DNA of 64,000 nt from Gammaproteobacteria bacterium (GCA_024638385.1 JAHEKJ010000003.1:9402-73401); one strand, 5' to 3'. Positions 1 through 11,488 are shown, numbered from the stretch's first letter. Program-made: numbers and translations. Notes: generated by a model from the sequence alone, not told the origin.

Positions 1-2139
1 TTCGCGCGCGTCGGCATTGTCCGGATCGAACCGCAACAGTCGATCGGCCAGTCTGACCGCGTCGCGATAGGCGCCGCGCTCGAAGCTGGCCGCGATGACC
101 TTGAACAGGTTTTGCTTGGGCGCCGACGCCGGCGCGCGCAGGCCGTGGGCGCTGACCGAGATGACGCGGAACCAGCTGTAATCGCGCCAGTCGTCGTTGG
201 TCAGCGTCAGGCCCGGGAGCGCGGTTTGCGCGACCCGGACGTAGTCGCCGTCGCGCTCGCGCGCCGCCTCGACCTGGTAGTGATCGATCAGCGGCGACTT
301 CGAACTGCTCCACGAAAGGCCGATCTTTTGCCGGTTGGCGGCGATATTGAGGCCGAATGCCGGGTCCGGATACTCGCGCAGCTCGAAGCGGTGCCCCGTG
401 CCGCGTTCGCGGTCGTTGACGTAGATGCGATTGATCGAAGCGGAGTAAACCGACAGCGACGAGGCCTCGGCGAACGCGGCCAGGGTGCCACCGTCGCCGC
501 CGGCGCCGAAGCGCCGATAGGGCTCGAAGCCGCGATAAATGCCGACCCAGTAGTCGTTGGCCTTCGACCCGGCGAGCACGTAGAGGCGGTCCTGGCGATC
601 GATATCGAGCGCGTAGAAGCGGTCGAAGCGATGGATCGATTCGTCGCCCGCGCCGATTTGCGCGCGCCGCCGGCGCGACCGGTCGATGACCTGCACGACG
701 CGCTTCGCTCCGCGGTCGGCGATATAGAGGTTTGCCTCGCTATCGACCGCGATAGGGCCGACCTTGTCGAACAGGCGCTCCTCGCCCCGCCCGGCCGTTA
801 TCTCCTCGAGGAACTGCCCGTCGCCGGAAAATACCTGGACCCGGTTGTTGCCGTAATCGGACACGTAGTAGCGGCCATCGTGCACGAACACGTCGCCCGG
901 ATCGATGAAGCCACCGGGCGCGGTGCCATAGCGCCCGATCGAGAAAAGCTCGGCGCCGTCAAGGCGATAAACCCGCAGGACGTTGTGGTCGAGCACGGCG
1001 ACCGTGTGTTCGCCGACGTGAGCCGCAACCGGCGTCACCGCGTTTTCGGCGAAGCGCCCCTGTTCGCTGCCATCGGCGGCGAGCACAAAGATGCCATTGG
1101 CGTCGCGGCGTAGGCACAGAACGCGATCGCGATCGAAGGCGTAGACCGCATCGCAGTCGTTACCGATCGCGGCGCCGTATTCGATGCGGTCGGCGAGCTG
1201 CGGGGAACGATAAGTCTCGGCGTCGAGCTGATACACCTCGACCTTGCCGTTCTTGCGATCGAGAATCGCGAGCTGGCCCCGGTTGTTGACGCTCAACGCC
1301 GTGATGTCGAGGTACTGCGTGCGCGACTGGCCGAGGGCGCCGAACTGGTTGCGGATCTTGCGCGCGCGCCAGTCGAATTCCGAGATCCGGCTGGAACTGC
1401 GATCGCCGAGATAGACGATTCCGGCGAGATCGGCAGTCATCGCGCTGAACTCGGGCGTCTTGCCGAAGATCTCGCGAAGCCTGTCGGCCTCGAAGCGTTC
1501 GATCAGTCCGCCGTCGCGGTCGAAGATCGACAGCCGGGTCGGGCCCTCGAGCACGTAGACGTTCTCGTCGGCGTCGAGCGCAATCTGTTCGACGCTCTCG
1601 AGGTCGCGCCCGCGTATCCCGTCGCGACCGATGCTGTAGAGATAGAGTCCCTGGTCACTGTAAACGCTGACCCGGCGATTGCGCACGTCGCCGACGTAGA
1701 TCAACCCGTTGACCGAGGCCGCGACCGGCCCCGGGCGCTTGAGTTCGCCCGCCTCGTCGCCGGTGCGCGCAAACAGCGTTTTCGGATCGAGCGCGTAGTC
1801 GAATACGCCGACCTGCCCGCTGCCCTGATTGACGACCACCAGCGAGCCGTCGGCGAGCAGGTCGACGCCACCCAGGTCGGCATCGGGAAACACGCTCGGC
1901 CATAGCGGAAAGATCTCGGTTCGGGCATCGCCGATCCTGAGCAGGGTTCCCTGCTGCTGGCTGCTGACGTAAAGCACGCCGTCGTCGGTCAGCTTGACCG
2001 AAACGGCTTCGCCCATGACGGCCGCATAATCGCCGTCCGCTACCGAGCGGAGCAATTCCTGGGCCTCGGCAATACCCGCCAGACCGAAGCAGAGCCAGAC
2101 GGCACCTGCCCAATACTTTAATCGCGCTCTCAAGACCAT
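1..2139 (-). CDS. Secreted NHL-repeat beta-propeller protein with TPR-like C-terminal part (3' end runs off the window)
   Basis: Absent from the ORF track because no stop lies inside the window. My minus-strand translation from ATG 2139 stays open and in frame to position 1 (713 codons). It begins with a signal peptide, MVLRARLKYWAGAVWLCFGLAGIAEAQE. NHL-type units follow, such as YVSDYGNNRVQVFSGDGQFL and LYIADRGAKRVVQVID. Confidence 0.7.
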   Translation of the reverse strand, partial: MVLRARLKYWAGAVWLCFGLAGIAEAQELLRSVADGDYAAVMGEAVSVKLTDDGVLYVSSQQQGTLLRIGDARTEIFPLWPSVFPDADLGGVDLLADGSLVVVNQGSGQVGVFDYALDPKTLFARTGDEAGELKRPGPVAASVNGLIYVGDVRNRRVSVYSDQGLYLYSIGRDGIRGRDLESVEQIALDADENVYVLEGPTRLSIFDRDGGLIERFEADRLREIFGKTPEFSAMTADLAGIVYLGDRSSSRISEFDWRARKIRNQFGALGQSRTQYLDITALSVNNRGQLAILDRKNGKVEVYQLDAETYRSPQLADRIEYGAAIGNDCDAVYAFDRDRVLCLRRDANGIFVLAADGSEQGRFAENAVTPVAAHVGEHTVAVLDHNVLRVYRLDGAELFSIGRYGTAPGGFIDPGDVFVHDGRYYVSDYGNNRVQVFSGDGQFLEEITAGRGEERLFDKVGPIAVDSEANLYIADRGAKRVVQVIDRSRRRRAQIGAGDESIHRFDRFYALDIDRQDRLYVLAGSKANDYWVGIYRGFEPYRRFGAGGDGGTLAAFAEASSLSVYSASINRIYVNDRERGTGHRFELREYPDPAFGLNIAANRQKIGLSWSSSKSPLIDHYQVEAARERDGDYVRVAQTALPGLTLTNDDWRDYSWFRVISVSAHGLRAPASAPKQNLFKVIAASFERGAYRDAVRLADRLLRFDPDNADARE

Positions 2140-2198
2140 ACTCCCAGGTCTGTTACCGTCCCGCCGCCTACCCCTGGCGCGGCCAGTCGCGAAAAGGC

Positions 2199-2969
2199 TT
2201 AGCTGGCTATCCCTCTTTTACTGTCGCGGACGAATCGGACGAATTCCTCGACCTCGGGGTATTTATCACACAACGGCTTCAGATTATCAATTGCATCCAC
2301 CTTGGACCGTTTCGACTTTAATAGTTCACGAAACGATTTATGCAAGGCACGAACCAGGTCTTCGCTGAAACCGCTGCGCCTGAGACCTTCCTTGTTGATA
2401 CCGATGACGCGCGCGCGGTTGCCCGCGGCGGTGCAGTACGGCGGAATGTCCTGGGTGACGACCGAGCCGAGCCCGCAAAATGCGCGGCTGCCGATCTCGG
2501 TGAATTGATGCACCGACGTAAAGCCGCCGAGGATCGCGTAATCGCCGACCTCGACATGACCCGACAACGACGCCGCGTTGGCGAAGATCGTGTGATCGCC
2601 GACGACGCAGTCATGCGCGACGTGGCTGTAGGCCATGAATAGATTGTCGCTGCCGATCACGGTCACGCCGTTACCGTCGGCCGTACCACGATTCAGCGTC
2701 ACGTATTCGCGAATCACGTTGCCGTCGCCGATGACCAGCGACGTCGGCTCGCCCCGGTATTTCTTGTCCTGCGGCGCTTCGCCGACCGACGCGAACTGAA
2801 ATATGCGATTATCCCGACCGATTTTCGACGGGCCCATGATCACGACATGGGGGCCGACGACCGTGCCGGCACCGACCTCGACCCCGGCGCCGATGACGCT
2901 GTAGGGTCCGACCGCCACGTCGGCGGCGAGGCGGGCGTCGGGATCGACGATGGCGGTTGCGTGGATCAC
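2199..2969 (-). CDS. lpxA: UDP-N-acetylglucosamine O-acyltransferase
   Basis: ORF 2199..3041 (-). Hexapeptide-repeat sequence [43 protein letters not shown]. The ORF N-terminus is Arg-rich junk, so I trimmed the start to GTG 2969, which forms a GTGA overlap with the fabZ stop. Conserved lpxD-fabZ-lpxA order. Confidence 0.93.
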   Translation of the reverse strand: MIHATAIVDPDARLAADVAVGPYSVIGAGVEVGAGTVVGPHVVIMGPSKIGRDNRIFQFASVGEAPQDKKYRGEPTSLVIGDGNVIREYVTLNRGTADGNGVTVIGSDNLFMAYSHVAHDCVVGDHTIFANAASLSGHVEVGDYAILGGFTSVHQFTEIGSRAFCGLGSVVTQDIPPYCTAAGNRARVIGINKEGLRRSGFSEDLVRALHKSFRELLKSKRSKVDAIDNLKPLCDKYPEVEEFVRFVRDSKRGIAS

Positions 2970-3442
2970 GGCTGGCGATCCTGCGACGAACACATCATTT
3001 CGGCCTCGGCGACAAGTTCGCCATCGACCCGCGCCTCGCACTGGTAGATCCCGATGCCGCGCATGTTACGTTTCAGCGATATCTTCAGCACGAGCTGATC
3101 GCCCGGCGCGACCTGGCCGCGGAAGCGCGCCTTGTCGATGCCGACGAGCATGTAAAGCTTGGTGCGATGTTCCGAGCCCATTTCGGAGAACGCGAGCAAG
3201 CCGGTGGCCTGGGCCATGGCCTCGAGCACCAGTACCCCGGGCATGACCGGATAGACCGGAAAATGGCCGCCAAAAAAGGGTTCGTTGATCGTCACGTTCT
3301 TGAGCGCGGTCAGGCTCTGGCCTTCGTCGAGCTCGAGGACGCGATCGATCAACAGGAACGGGTACCGGTGCGGCAACAATTCCATCACCTGATTGATGTC
3401 GAATGCCAATTCTGCGTCTCGCTGACTGGTTGTGCTGTCCAA
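2966..3442 (-). CDS. fabZ: 3-hydroxyacyl-ACP dehydratase FabZ
   Basis: 158 aa. Hot-dog dehydratase motifs [13 protein letters not shown] and FFGGHFP. Lies between lpxD and lpxA. Confidence 0.95.
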   Translation of the reverse strand: MDSTTSQRDAELAFDINQVMELLPHRYPFLLIDRVLELDEGQSLTALKNVTINEPFFGGHFPVYPVMPGVLVLEAMAQATGLLAFSEMGSEHRTKLYMLVGIDKARFRGQVAPGDQLVLKISLKRNMRGIGIYQCEARVDGELVAEAEMMCSSQDRQP

Positions 3443-3450
3443 ACCTTCGC

Positions 3451-4467
3451 CTACCTTCGTTTCTTTTGCAGCCGGGCAACGCTGCGCGCAAGTTCGTCGA
3501 GCGATTTATAGCGCGCGTTGTTGCGATGCCACAACCTGTTTTCGAGTAACGGGGTACCCGACGAGTATACCCCGGCCTGTTTGATGTCCTTGGTCACGAG
3601 CGACATCGCGGTAATCGTCACGCGATCGGCGATGCTGAGATGCCCGAGCACGACCGCGGCGCCGGCAATTTTACAGTAGCGCCCGATGGTCGCGCTACCG
3701 GCGATTCCGACACAGGCTGCGATCGCGGTATGCGCGCCGATGCGTACGTTGTGCGCCACCTGGATCTGGTTGTCGAGCTTGCAGCCCTGTTCGATTACCG
3801 TATTGTCGAGCGCACCGCGATCGATCGTCGTGTTGGCGCCGATCTCGACGTCATCGCCGATCTCGACGCTGCCCAGATGCGGAATCTTGACCCAGGCTCC
3901 GGCATGCATCAGCAGGCCGAAACCGTCGGCGCCGATCACCGCGCCGGCGTGAATTTCGCAGCCGGCGCCGACGCGCACCGCGCGCCCCAGCGTTACGCGG
4001 CTGTGAATACGACAATCGCGACCGACGCGAACGTCGCGCTCGATAACGGCCCCGGCGCCGATCGTCGTGCCGTCGCCGATCTCGACGCCATCGCCGATTA
4101 CCGCCAGCGGACCGATCGTGACATCTTTACCGATGCGCGCGCCGGCTGCGATCCGCGCCGAGTCGTCGAGCGACGCCGACGCCGGCGCCGCGGGTCGGAT
4201 CAGGGCAATGGCCTGGACGAAACTGTAATAGGGATCGGCCGCCAGCAACACCGGCCTGTCTCCGACCTCGGAGGCGAGGTCCTGCGGCAGAATAACCGCC
4301 GCGCAGCGGCTCGCGGCCAGATGCTCGAGATACTTTCGGTCCTGGATGAAACAGAGATCGCCGGAAGTCGCCGACGGCAAGGATGCGACGCCGCTGATTT
4401 CGACCTTCGCGCCTCCCCGGCGTTCGAGGCCGAGTCGTTCGGCCAGTGTTTGCAGATCGATGCTCAT
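3451..4467 (-). CDS. lpxD: UDP-3-O-acylglucosamine N-acyltransferase
   Basis: 338 aa. N-terminal domain followed by a long run of hexapeptide repeats. Conserved skp-lpxD-fabZ position. Confidence 0.93.
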   Translation of the reverse strand: MSIDLQTLAERLGLERRGGAKVEISGVASLPSATSGDLCFIQDRKYLEHLAASRCAAVILPQDLASEVGDRPVLLAADPYYSFVQAIALIRPAAPASASLDDSARIAAGARIGKDVTIGPLAVIGDGVEIGDGTTIGAGAVIERDVRVGRDCRIHSRVTLGRAVRVGAGCEIHAGAVIGADGFGLLMHAGAWVKIPHLGSVEIGDDVEIGANTTIDRGALDNTVIEQGCKLDNQIQVAHNVRIGAHTAIAACVGIAGSATIGRYCKIAGAAVVLGHLSIADRVTITAMSLVTKDIKQAGVYSSGTPLLENRLWHRNNARYKSLDELARSVARLQKKRR

Positions 4468-4512
4468 CGCCGGGATCGGGGATTGGCCGGTTTGCCGCCG
4501 AGGCGCAGCGCG

Positions 4513-5046
4513 CTACTGGGCATCCTCGCCCGATTCGGCGAGTCGTTTCAGCATCTCGATGGTTTGCGACGTGATGTCGATACGATCGGACACGTAGCTG
4601 ACGCCCTCGGTCAGGATCAGGTCGAACTGGCCCGAATCACCCTGCATCTTGAGCACGTTCGAAATGACTTGTTGCAATTCCCGGATCTCTTCGTTGCGGC
4701 GCAGATTCTGATCCTCGCGAAACTCCTGCTCGAGAAACTTGAGCTGGCTGACCTTGAGCCGAATTTCGCGTTCGATCTTGCGGCGCGCGGTACTGCTCAG
4801 CGTGGAATCCGATTTGAGCTGCTCCTCGAGGCTCAGGATTTCCTGGCGCTTTTCCTTCAGCTGCGCCTCGCGCGGCTCGAACGCGGCCTTGAGACGCTCC
4901 TCGACGCGCAGCGCCTGCGGCGCCTCCTTCAGGACCCGCGCGGTATTGACGAATCCGATCTTGTACGGCACTTCTTGCGCCAGCGCACCGGGCGCCAAGA
5001 GTGCGCAGATCAGCAACGTCAGCGAGATTCGCGATAGCCTGGCCAA
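4513..5046 (-). CDS. skp: Periplasmic chaperone Skp (OmpH)
   Basis: 177 aa. Signal peptide MARLSRISLTLLICALLAPGALA, then a K/E/Q/L-rich helical protein. Lies immediately downstream of bamA. Confidence 0.88.
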   Translation of the reverse strand: MARLSRISLTLLICALLAPGALAQEVPYKIGFVNTARVLKEAPQALRVEERLKAAFEPREAQLKEKRQEILSLEEQLKSDSTLSSTARRKIEREIRLKVSQLKFLEQEFREDQNLRRNEEIRELQQVISNVLKMQGDSGQFDLILTEGVSYVSDRIDITSQTIEMLKRLAESGEDAQ

Positions 5047-5055
5047 TGTGTCTCT

Positions 5056-7365
5056 CTAAAATGCCGCCCCGAGGGCGAACTGGAAATTGCGGGTGTCGTC
5101 ACCGGATTCCTCGTTCAGCGGCCACGCATAACTGAATTCGATCGGGCCAATCAGCGAGAACCACTTCGCGGAGATACCCAGCGACTGCCTCAGCTCGTCC
5201 GATTCGAATGAATCGGCGTCGGCAAACACGTTGCCGACGTCGAAGTATAACCCAAGCCTGAAGGTTTCTGTACTGCCCAGGGCTTCGACCGGGATCAGGA
5301 ACTCGGCGGTCGAAACCACCTGCAAATTGCCGCCGAACGGATCGCCGGTGCTGTCGAGCGGCCCGAGGCTGTTGAACTCGTAGCCGCGCACCGAGCGCAC
5401 GCCGCCGGCGGTAAATTTCTCGTAAATCGGCAAATCCTCGGTTTCGCCATAGCTGTCGCCGTAACCGATGCGTCCGCTGAAAGCAAAAGTCACGTCGTCG
5501 GTCACCGCGAACGCGCTCTGGTGGCGATAGCGCAGCTTGTAGAAGTCCAGATCGCCGCCCTGCAGTTCGAGGCTGATGCTGTTGACCTGGCCCGAGCTCG
5601 CGAAGATGCGCCGGTTGCGCGTATCCTTGGAAAAGCGGACCTCGCCGAACAGCGTGTCGAAGCGGGCGCTGTCGATCTCCGATCTCGGCGTCGAAGCGTC
5701 GAATTCGTCGCTGTTATCGACCAGGAAATCGAGCACTTCGTCGGCCGACGCGCTGGTCGTTTCGAGCTCGTTGCGCAACACTCCGAACTCGAGCCGTAAC
5801 GCGTTGAATTCGGACAACGGAATGCCGTACTCCATCGACAGGCTGATCCGATCGAGCAGGTAGTTACTGGTGTTGTTCTCGGAAGCATCGGTTTCTGTGA
5901 ACGAGAAACTGAAGCCTCGACTGACGCCATCGGGCGTGTAGTAAGGGTTGACGTAACGAAACCGGTAGCGCTCCGAGGCGGCCGAGTTATCGAAAGTCAG
6001 ATCGACGTTCTTGCCGGTGCCGAGAATGTTTTCGTGGGAGAACCCGAGGTTGACGATCACGCCCTGGACCTGGGAGTAACCGATACCGACCTGCAGGTTA
6101 CCCGAGAAGCGTTCGCTAACGGCGACGTTGATGTCGAGCTGGTCTTCGCTGCCGGGCACCCGCTCGAGCGCGAACTCGACGCTGCCGATGTAGTTCAGGC
6201 GCTGCAGGCGCACGCGCGAGCGATCGACTTTCGAGCGCTGGTAAAGCTCGCCCTCGAGCTGGCGCATTTCGCGCCGCAAGACGATGTCGCGGGTCTTGTC
6301 GTTACCCGAAAAGTTGATGTAGCGCACGCGCATCCTGTTGCCCGGCTGGACGAGAAATTGCAACGCGACCGTGTTGTCGGCCGCGTTGATTTCGTTGCTG
6401 AGACGGATCTCGGCATAGGCGTAGCCGTCTTCGCCAAGCCGCCTCTGCATCGCGCTGATGACTTCGCTGACGACCTTGCGCGAAAAAATATCGCCCTCGC
6501 GAAAGATGATCAGAGCCCTGAGCTCGGCCTCGTCGACGACCATTTCGCCGGCGATGGCGATGCTACTGATGCGAAACGGCTTGCCCTCGGAAATGTTGAT
6601 CGTCAGGTTGATGTCCTTGCGGTCGGGGCTGATCGTGACCTGCTGCGAATCGACCCGGAACTGGATATAACCGCGATCGAGGTAAAAAGACTTGAGCGCC
6701 TCCAGGTCCGCCGTCAGCTTGGTGCTCGAATACTCGTCGTTCGGAAACCAGCCCTCGCTCGACGGTTCGAGCTCGAAGACATCGAGCAACTCGGCCTCGG
6801 CGAAATCCCGGTTGCCGGTAATGTTGATCGACTTGATCGTCGCCGAGACACCTTCCGAAATCTCGATATCGATCGCGACCCGGTCGTCGTCGAGCGCGCG
6901 CCAGCTCGCATCGATACGCGCGGCGTACTTGCCGAGCGAGTAATAAACCTGCTGCAGTTCGAGCTCGAGGCGGTCGAGCTTGTGCTCGTCGAATATCCGT
7001 CCCTTGGCCATGCCGATGCCGTCGAGCGCCTGCTCGAGGGTCTCGTCTTCGATATCGTCGTTACCCTCGAAGTTGACTTCGGCGATCGACGGCCGCTCGC
7101 TGACCTTGATAACCAGCACGTCGTCGCGCCGCAGGAGCTCGATGTCGTCGAAAAAGCCGGTCGAATAGAGTTCGCGAATGATTTCCGGGCTGCGATCGGT
7201 GTCGAAACTCTCGCCGACGTTGATCGGCAGGTAACTGAATACCGTGCCGATCGTGATTTTCTTGATGCCGATGACCTCGATATTCTCGACGACAAAACTA
7301 TCCGCGTGCGCCGCGGCGCTCACCAGCAGCAACAACAGTGCACTGACTCGAATCCAGCCCTTCAA
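5056..7365 (-). CDS. bamA: Outer membrane protein assembly factor BamA
   Basis: The ORF runs to 7419. POTRA-like repeats are followed by a beta-barrel ending in NFQFALGAAF. I prefer TTG 7365 as the start (LKGWIRVSALLLLLVSAAAHA signal peptide), 2 nt after the rseP stop. ATG 7419 would overlap rseP by 52 nt. Confidence 0.93.
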   Translation of the reverse strand: MKGWIRVSALLLLLVSAAAHADSFVVENIEVIGIKKITIGTVFSYLPINVGESFDTDRSPEIIRELYSTGFFDDIELLRRDDVLVIKVSERPSIAEVNFEGNDDIEDETLEQALDGIGMAKGRIFDEHKLDRLELELQQVYYSLGKYAARIDASWRALDDDRVAIDIEISEGVSATIKSINITGNRDFAEAELLDVFELEPSSEGWFPNDEYSSTKLTADLEALKSFYLDRGYIQFRVDSQQVTISPDRKDINLTINISEGKPFRISSIAIAGEMVVDEAELRALIIFREGDIFSRKVVSEVISAMQRRLGEDGYAYAEIRLSNEINAADNTVALQFLVQPGNRMRVRYINFSGNDKTRDIVLRREMRQLEGELYQRSKVDRSRVRLQRLNYIGSVEFALERVPGSEDQLDINVAVSERFSGNLQVGIGYSQVQGVIVNLGFSHENILGTGKNVDLTFDNSAASERYRFRYVNPYYTPDGVSRGFSFSFTETDASENNTSNYLLDRISLSMEYGIPLSEFNALRLEFGVLRNELETTSASADEVLDFLVDNSDEFDASTPRSEIDSARFDTLFGEVRFSKDTRNRRIFASSGQVNSISLELQGGDLDFYKLRYRHQSAFAVTDDVTFAFSGRIGYGDSYGETEDLPIYEKFTAGGVRSVRGYEFNSLGPLDSTGDPFGGNLQVVSTAEFLIPVEALGSTETFRLGLYFDVGNVFADADSFESDELRQSLGISAKWFSLIGPIEFSYAWPLNEESGDDTRNFQFALGAAF

Positions 7366-7367
7366 GC

Positions 7368-8747
7368 CTATTCGACCAGGCGCAACAAATCGTTGTAGAT
7401 CGCGACCGACATCAGGCAAAACAGCAGCAGGATGCCGATTTTCTGGCCGATGATTTCGGTTTGCTCCGAAACGGGACTACCCTTGAAAACTTCGATCAGG
7501 TAGTAAAGTAGATGCCCGCCGTCGAGCATCGGCACCGGCAACAGATTGAGCACGCCGAGGCTGATGCTGATGATGGCGAGAAAGCCGAGAAACGGCTCGA
7601 GTCCGATTTGCGCCGACAGCCCGGCGTAATGAGCGATCGTAATCGGCCCGCTCAGATTGCGGAGGCTGGCCTCGCCGGTGACCAGCTTGCCGAGCACGCG
7701 CAGCGTAAGCCAGGTCATTCGCCAGGTCTTGTCGAGCGCGCTGGCAAGACCGTCGATCGGCCCGAAACGCTCGGTCACGAGCATTTCGCGTCGCATCGAC
7801 TCGGGAATATCGACCCGGTTGCGCACGCCGATATAGCCGTAGGTCTCGCCCCCGTCGTTACGGCTTTCGGGCGTGATCCGGAGCTCGACCTCGGCGCCGT
7901 TACGCGTGACCCGCAGCGGCATTTCACGCTCGGGGTTGGCGCGAATCAACTCGACCCACTGGCCCGCGCTCTCGATCGTAACGCCGTCGAGCGCGACGAT
8001 CCGGTCCTCCTCGCGCAGGCCGGCCCGCGACGCCGCGCCGTCGGCGAGCACCTCGTCGATAACCGGCGGGATTCGCGGCCGCCATTGCGACAGCCCGAGA
8101 TCGCGCATCAGGTCGATCTGCTCGTCCCGCAACAGGTTCAAACCGCGAATATCGATCACCTTTTCCTCGATTCGTAACTGCGGCGTCTGCACCTCGAGCC
8201 TGATCTCGTCGGCGCCGACCGCCTCTTCGAGCAGCGAGAAGCGCGCCTTTTCCCAGGTCGTCGTTTCGATGCCGTTGACCGCCAGTATCAGATCGCCGGC
8301 CTGAACCCCCGCTGTGTAGGCCGGGCTCGAATCGGCGATTTCGCCGATGACCGGCTTGACGCCGCTGACGCCGGCGAGAAATATCAGGTAATAGGCCAGG
8401 ATCGCGAACAGGAAGTTGAAGGCCGGGCCGGCGGCGACGATCGCGAACCGGCGCCAGACCGACTTGCGGTTGAAGGCGCGCTCGACCTCCCCTGCCTCGA
8501 CCTCGCCCTCGCGCTCGTCGAGCATCTTGACGTATCCGCCGAACGGAATCGCCGCGATTACGTACTCGGTCTGATCCGGGCCGGAGCGCCTGAGCCACAG
8601 CGGCTTGCCGAAGCCGACGGAGAAGCGCAGCACCTTGACGCCGAGCCGGCGGGCGACCCAGAAGTGACCGAACTCGTGCACCGTCACCAATACGCCGATG
8701 GCGACGATGAAGGCCAGCACGCTGTATATCAAACTCAGAAAATCCAT
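7368..8747 (-). CDS. rseP: Site-2 (RIP) zinc metalloprotease RseP
   Basis: 459 aa. HEFGHFWVAR motif in the first TM, central PDZ-like region, C-terminal LPVPMLDGGHL motif. Confidence 0.94.
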   Translation of the reverse strand: MDFLSLIYSVLAFIVAIGVLVTVHEFGHFWVARRLGVKVLRFSVGFGKPLWLRRSGPDQTEYVIAAIPFGGYVKMLDEREGEVEAGEVERAFNRKSVWRRFAIVAAGPAFNFLFAILAYYLIFLAGVSGVKPVIGEIADSSPAYTAGVQAGDLILAVNGIETTTWEKARFSLLEEAVGADEIRLEVQTPQLRIEEKVIDIRGLNLLRDEQIDLMRDLGLSQWRPRIPPVIDEVLADGAASRAGLREEDRIVALDGVTIESAGQWVELIRANPEREMPLRVTRNGAEVELRITPESRNDGGETYGYIGVRNRVDIPESMRREMLVTERFGPIDGLASALDKTWRMTWLTLRVLGKLVTGEASLRNLSGPITIAHYAGLSAQIGLEPFLGFLAIISISLGVLNLLPVPMLDGGHLLYYLIEVFKGSPVSEQTEIIGQKIGILLLFCLMSVAIYNDLLRLVE

Positions 8748-8751
8748 GCGT

Positions 8752-9927
8752 TCAGACTTGCTCGCTTAGCTGTTCGCGCGCCAGTTTACGCGCTTTGTCG
8801 TCCGCGTCCAGAATCGCGTCGAGGCTCGCGGCGGGTTCGCTGCGACCCTGCTCGATGACTGCCTCGATGACGCGGGCGATATCGGTGAAGCGAATGCGCC
8901 CGTCGAGAAACGCGGCGACCGCGACCTCGTTGGCGGCATTGAGTATTGCCGGTGCGGTGCCGCCCTGGTGCCAGGCTTCGCGCGCCAGCGCCAGACAGGG
9001 ATAGCGCCGCTCGTCGGCCGGCATGAAATCAAGGGATCCGACCCGCAACAGGTCCAGAGGTTCAACCCCGCTTTCGATGCGTTCGGGCCACGCCAGCGCA
9101 TTGGCGATCGGCGTGCGCATGTCGGGATTTCCGAGCTGCGCGATCACCGAGCCGTCGCGGTAGGCCACCATCGAGTGGACGATGCTTTGCCGGTGGAGCA
9201 CGATGTCGATCACCGACTGATCGACCGCGAACAACCAGCATGCCTCGATCATTTCGAGACCCTTGTTCATCATCGTGGCCGAATCGACCGAGATCTTGGG
9301 ACCCATGTCCCAGTTCGGATGGTTGCAGGCCTGCGCCGGCGTCACGTCCTCGAGCGCGTCGATTTCGAGGTCACGAAACGGCCCGCCGGAGCCGGTCAGG
9401 ATGATTCGCTCGACGCCCGCGGCGTCGATGCCCTGGCCGATAGTCGCCGGCGGCAGGCACTGAAAAATCGCGTTGTGTTCGCTGTCGAGCGGCAGCAGTT
9501 CGGCGCCATGGCGGCTCAGTTCTCGCATGAACAACTCGCCGGCCATGACCAGCGCCTCCTTGTTGGCGAGCAGAACCCGCTTGCCTGCGCTCACCGCGGC
9601 CAGGGTCGGCAGCAGTCCGCCGGCGCCGACGATTCCGGCAACCACCGTATCGACTTCGGCCGCCGCTGCGACCTCGCACAGGCCGGACTCGCCGTCGAGT
9701 ACCCGCGTCGGACCGCCTGCGAGCGAGTCGGCCAACCGTCCGGCGCTCGGAGCGTCACGCATGACCGCGAACGCCGGCTCGAATTCGCGGCAGAGATCGT
9801 GCATCGCCTCGACCCGGGTGTCGGCGGTCAGCGCGTGGATCGAATAGCGCGCGCGATGCCGGCGCACGATATCCAGCGTCGACGCGCCGATCGAGCCGGT
9901 AGCGCCGAGCAGCGTAAGCCGCCTCAT
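8752..9927 (-). CDS. dxr: 1-deoxy-D-xylulose-5-phosphate reductoisomerase
   Basis: 391 aa. NADPH-binding N-terminus [19 protein letters not shown]. Order uppS-cdsA-dxr-rseP. Confidence 0.95.
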   Translation of the reverse strand: MRRLTLLGATGSIGASTLDIVRRHRARYSIHALTADTRVEAMHDLCREFEPAFAVMRDAPSAGRLADSLAGGPTRVLDGESGLCEVAAAAEVDTVVAGIVGAGGLLPTLAAVSAGKRVLLANKEALVMAGELFMRELSRHGAELLPLDSEHNAIFQCLPPATIGQGIDAAGVERIILTGSGGPFRDLEIDALEDVTPAQACNHPNWDMGPKISVDSATMMNKGLEMIEACWLFAVDQSVIDIVLHRQSIVHSMVAYRDGSVIAQLGNPDMRTPIANALAWPERIESGVEPLDLLRVGSLDFMPADERRYPCLALAREAWHQGGTAPAILNAANEVAVAAFLDGRIRFTDIARVIEAVIEQGRSEPAASLDAILDADDKARKLAREQLSEQV

Positions 9928-10748
9928 GGCGCGCCCGCCAGCAACCAGCCGGCGGCAAACAACGGCGCCGCGGCAAGGATACTGTCGATGCGATCGAGCA
10001 CACCGCCGTGGCCGGGCAGCAACTTGCCGCTATCCTTTACCCCGGCCTCGCGCTTGAGCACGCTGATCGCGAGATCGCCGCTGATCGACAACACCGCGCT
10101 CAGCAGGCTGATCGCGGCGAAGGCGGCAAGGCCGAGGCCGAAACCATCCCGCCAAAAATAAACCACTCCGATCCACAGCAGATTGAGCAGCACCGCGCCG
10201 AGCACGCCTTCGCGCGTCTTGCCGGGGCTGATCGCGGGCGCCAGCTTGCGCTTGCCGTAGCGGCGGCCACTGAAATAGGCGCCGATATCGGCGACCCAGA
10301 CCAGGGTCATCGCGTACAGCAGCAGCCAGCCGCCGGCGGCCTCGGCGTGCAGGAATACGAGCGCGTGGCCACAGATCCAGAGCAGATCGAGGCCGACACC
10401 CAGCGCCAGAACCCTGAGCAACAGCGGCCAGCGGCCGCTGTGGCGGTAGAACGGCAGCGCGAGCGTAATCAGGCACCAGGCGCCGGCGCCGGCAAGCACC
10501 TGCCAGAGCTGCCATTCCAGGTTGACCTTGACCACCGGCAGCGACCACCAGAATACCAGCGTGAAAATTGCCGCAACCAGGCTGCTGGCGACGAGTTCGG
10601 TAGTCAGCGTCAGCGCGACGAGTTCGCGCGCCGCGGTAAACAATACCACCGCGAACAGGATGCTGACCCACAGGTTGGAGCCGTAGTGGATGACGCCAAT
10701 AAACAGGATGGCGAGAATCGCGCCGGTGATGATTCGCTGTTTCAGCAT
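9924..10748 (-). CDS. cdsA: Phosphatidate cytidylyltransferase
   Basis: 274 aa polytopic membrane protein. C-terminal signature [28 protein letters not shown]. 4-nt overlap with dxr. Confidence 0.93.
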   Translation of the reverse strand: MLKQRIITGAILAILFIGVIHYGSNLWVSILFAVVLFTAARELVALTLTTELVASSLVAAIFTLVFWWSLPVVKVNLEWQLWQVLAGAGAWCLITLALPFYRHSGRWPLLLRVLALGVGLDLLWICGHALVFLHAEAAGGWLLLYAMTLVWVADIGAYFSGRRYGKRKLAPAISPGKTREGVLGAVLLNLLWIGVVYFWRDGFGLGLAAFAAISLLSAVLSISGDLAISVLKREAGVKDSGKLLPGHGGVLDRIDSILAAAPLFAAGWLLAGAP

Positions 10749-11488
10749 CAGCCCGCGCCTTCGAGTTGCTCGCCGGTCTTGCCGAAGCGCCGCTGCCGGC
10801 GGGCAAACTCGTCAAGCGCCTGCTGCATCTCGGTTTCGCTGAAATCCGGCCACAGGGTGTCGCAGAAGTAAAACTCGGTGTAAGCCAGCTGCCACAGCAG
10901 GAAATTGCTGATGCGCCGCTCGCCGCCGGTGCGAATGAACAAATCGGCCTCGGGGCAGTCCCCCAGCGCGAGTTGCGCGGCAAATTGCGGAGCGTCGATC
11001 GCGTCGGCGTCGAGTTCGCCGGCAGCGACCCGCCGCGCCAGCGCGCGAGCCGCCTGCACCAGGTCCCAGTGACCGCCGTAGTTGACCGCCACGTTTACCG
11101 TCAGGCGACGGTTGTTCCGCGTCAGCCGCTCGGATTCCTCGAGTTGGGCGCGGAGCCCGGCGTCGAAGCGGGATCGATCGCCGATGAAGCGGATGCGAAT
11201 GCCTTGTTCGCAGAGTTCGTCGGTATTGCTTTCGAGCGATTGCAGAAACAGATCCATGAGCTGGCTGACCTCTTCGGCGGGGCGATTCCAGTTTTCACTG
11301 CTGAAGGCGAACAGGGTCAGGTGCTCGACGCCGGAACGGGCGAAAAATTCGATCGCGCGGCGCGTCGTCTCGACGCCCTTGCGATGTCCGAAACTACGCG
11401 GCATCAGCCGCTTTCGCGCCCACCGCCCGTTGCCGTCCATGATGATGCATACGTGTCGGGGCGGCGGTGCCTCGAGATCAGAAGTCAT
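10748..11488 (-). CDS. uppS: Undecaprenyl diphosphate synthase
   Basis: 246 aa. cis-prenyltransferase motifs IIMDGNGRWA and RTGGERRISNFLLWQ. Confidence 0.95.
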   Translation of the reverse strand: MTSDLEAPPPRHVCIIMDGNGRWARKRLMPRSFGHRKGVETTRRAIEFFARSGVEHLTLFAFSSENWNRPAEEVSQLMDLFLQSLESNTDELCEQGIRIRFIGDRSRFDAGLRAQLEESERLTRNNRRLTVNVAVNYGGHWDLVQAARALARRVAAGELDADAIDAPQFAAQLALGDCPEADLFIRTGGERRISNFLLWQLAYTEFYFCDTLWPDFSETEMQQALDEFARRQRRFGKTGEQLEGAG

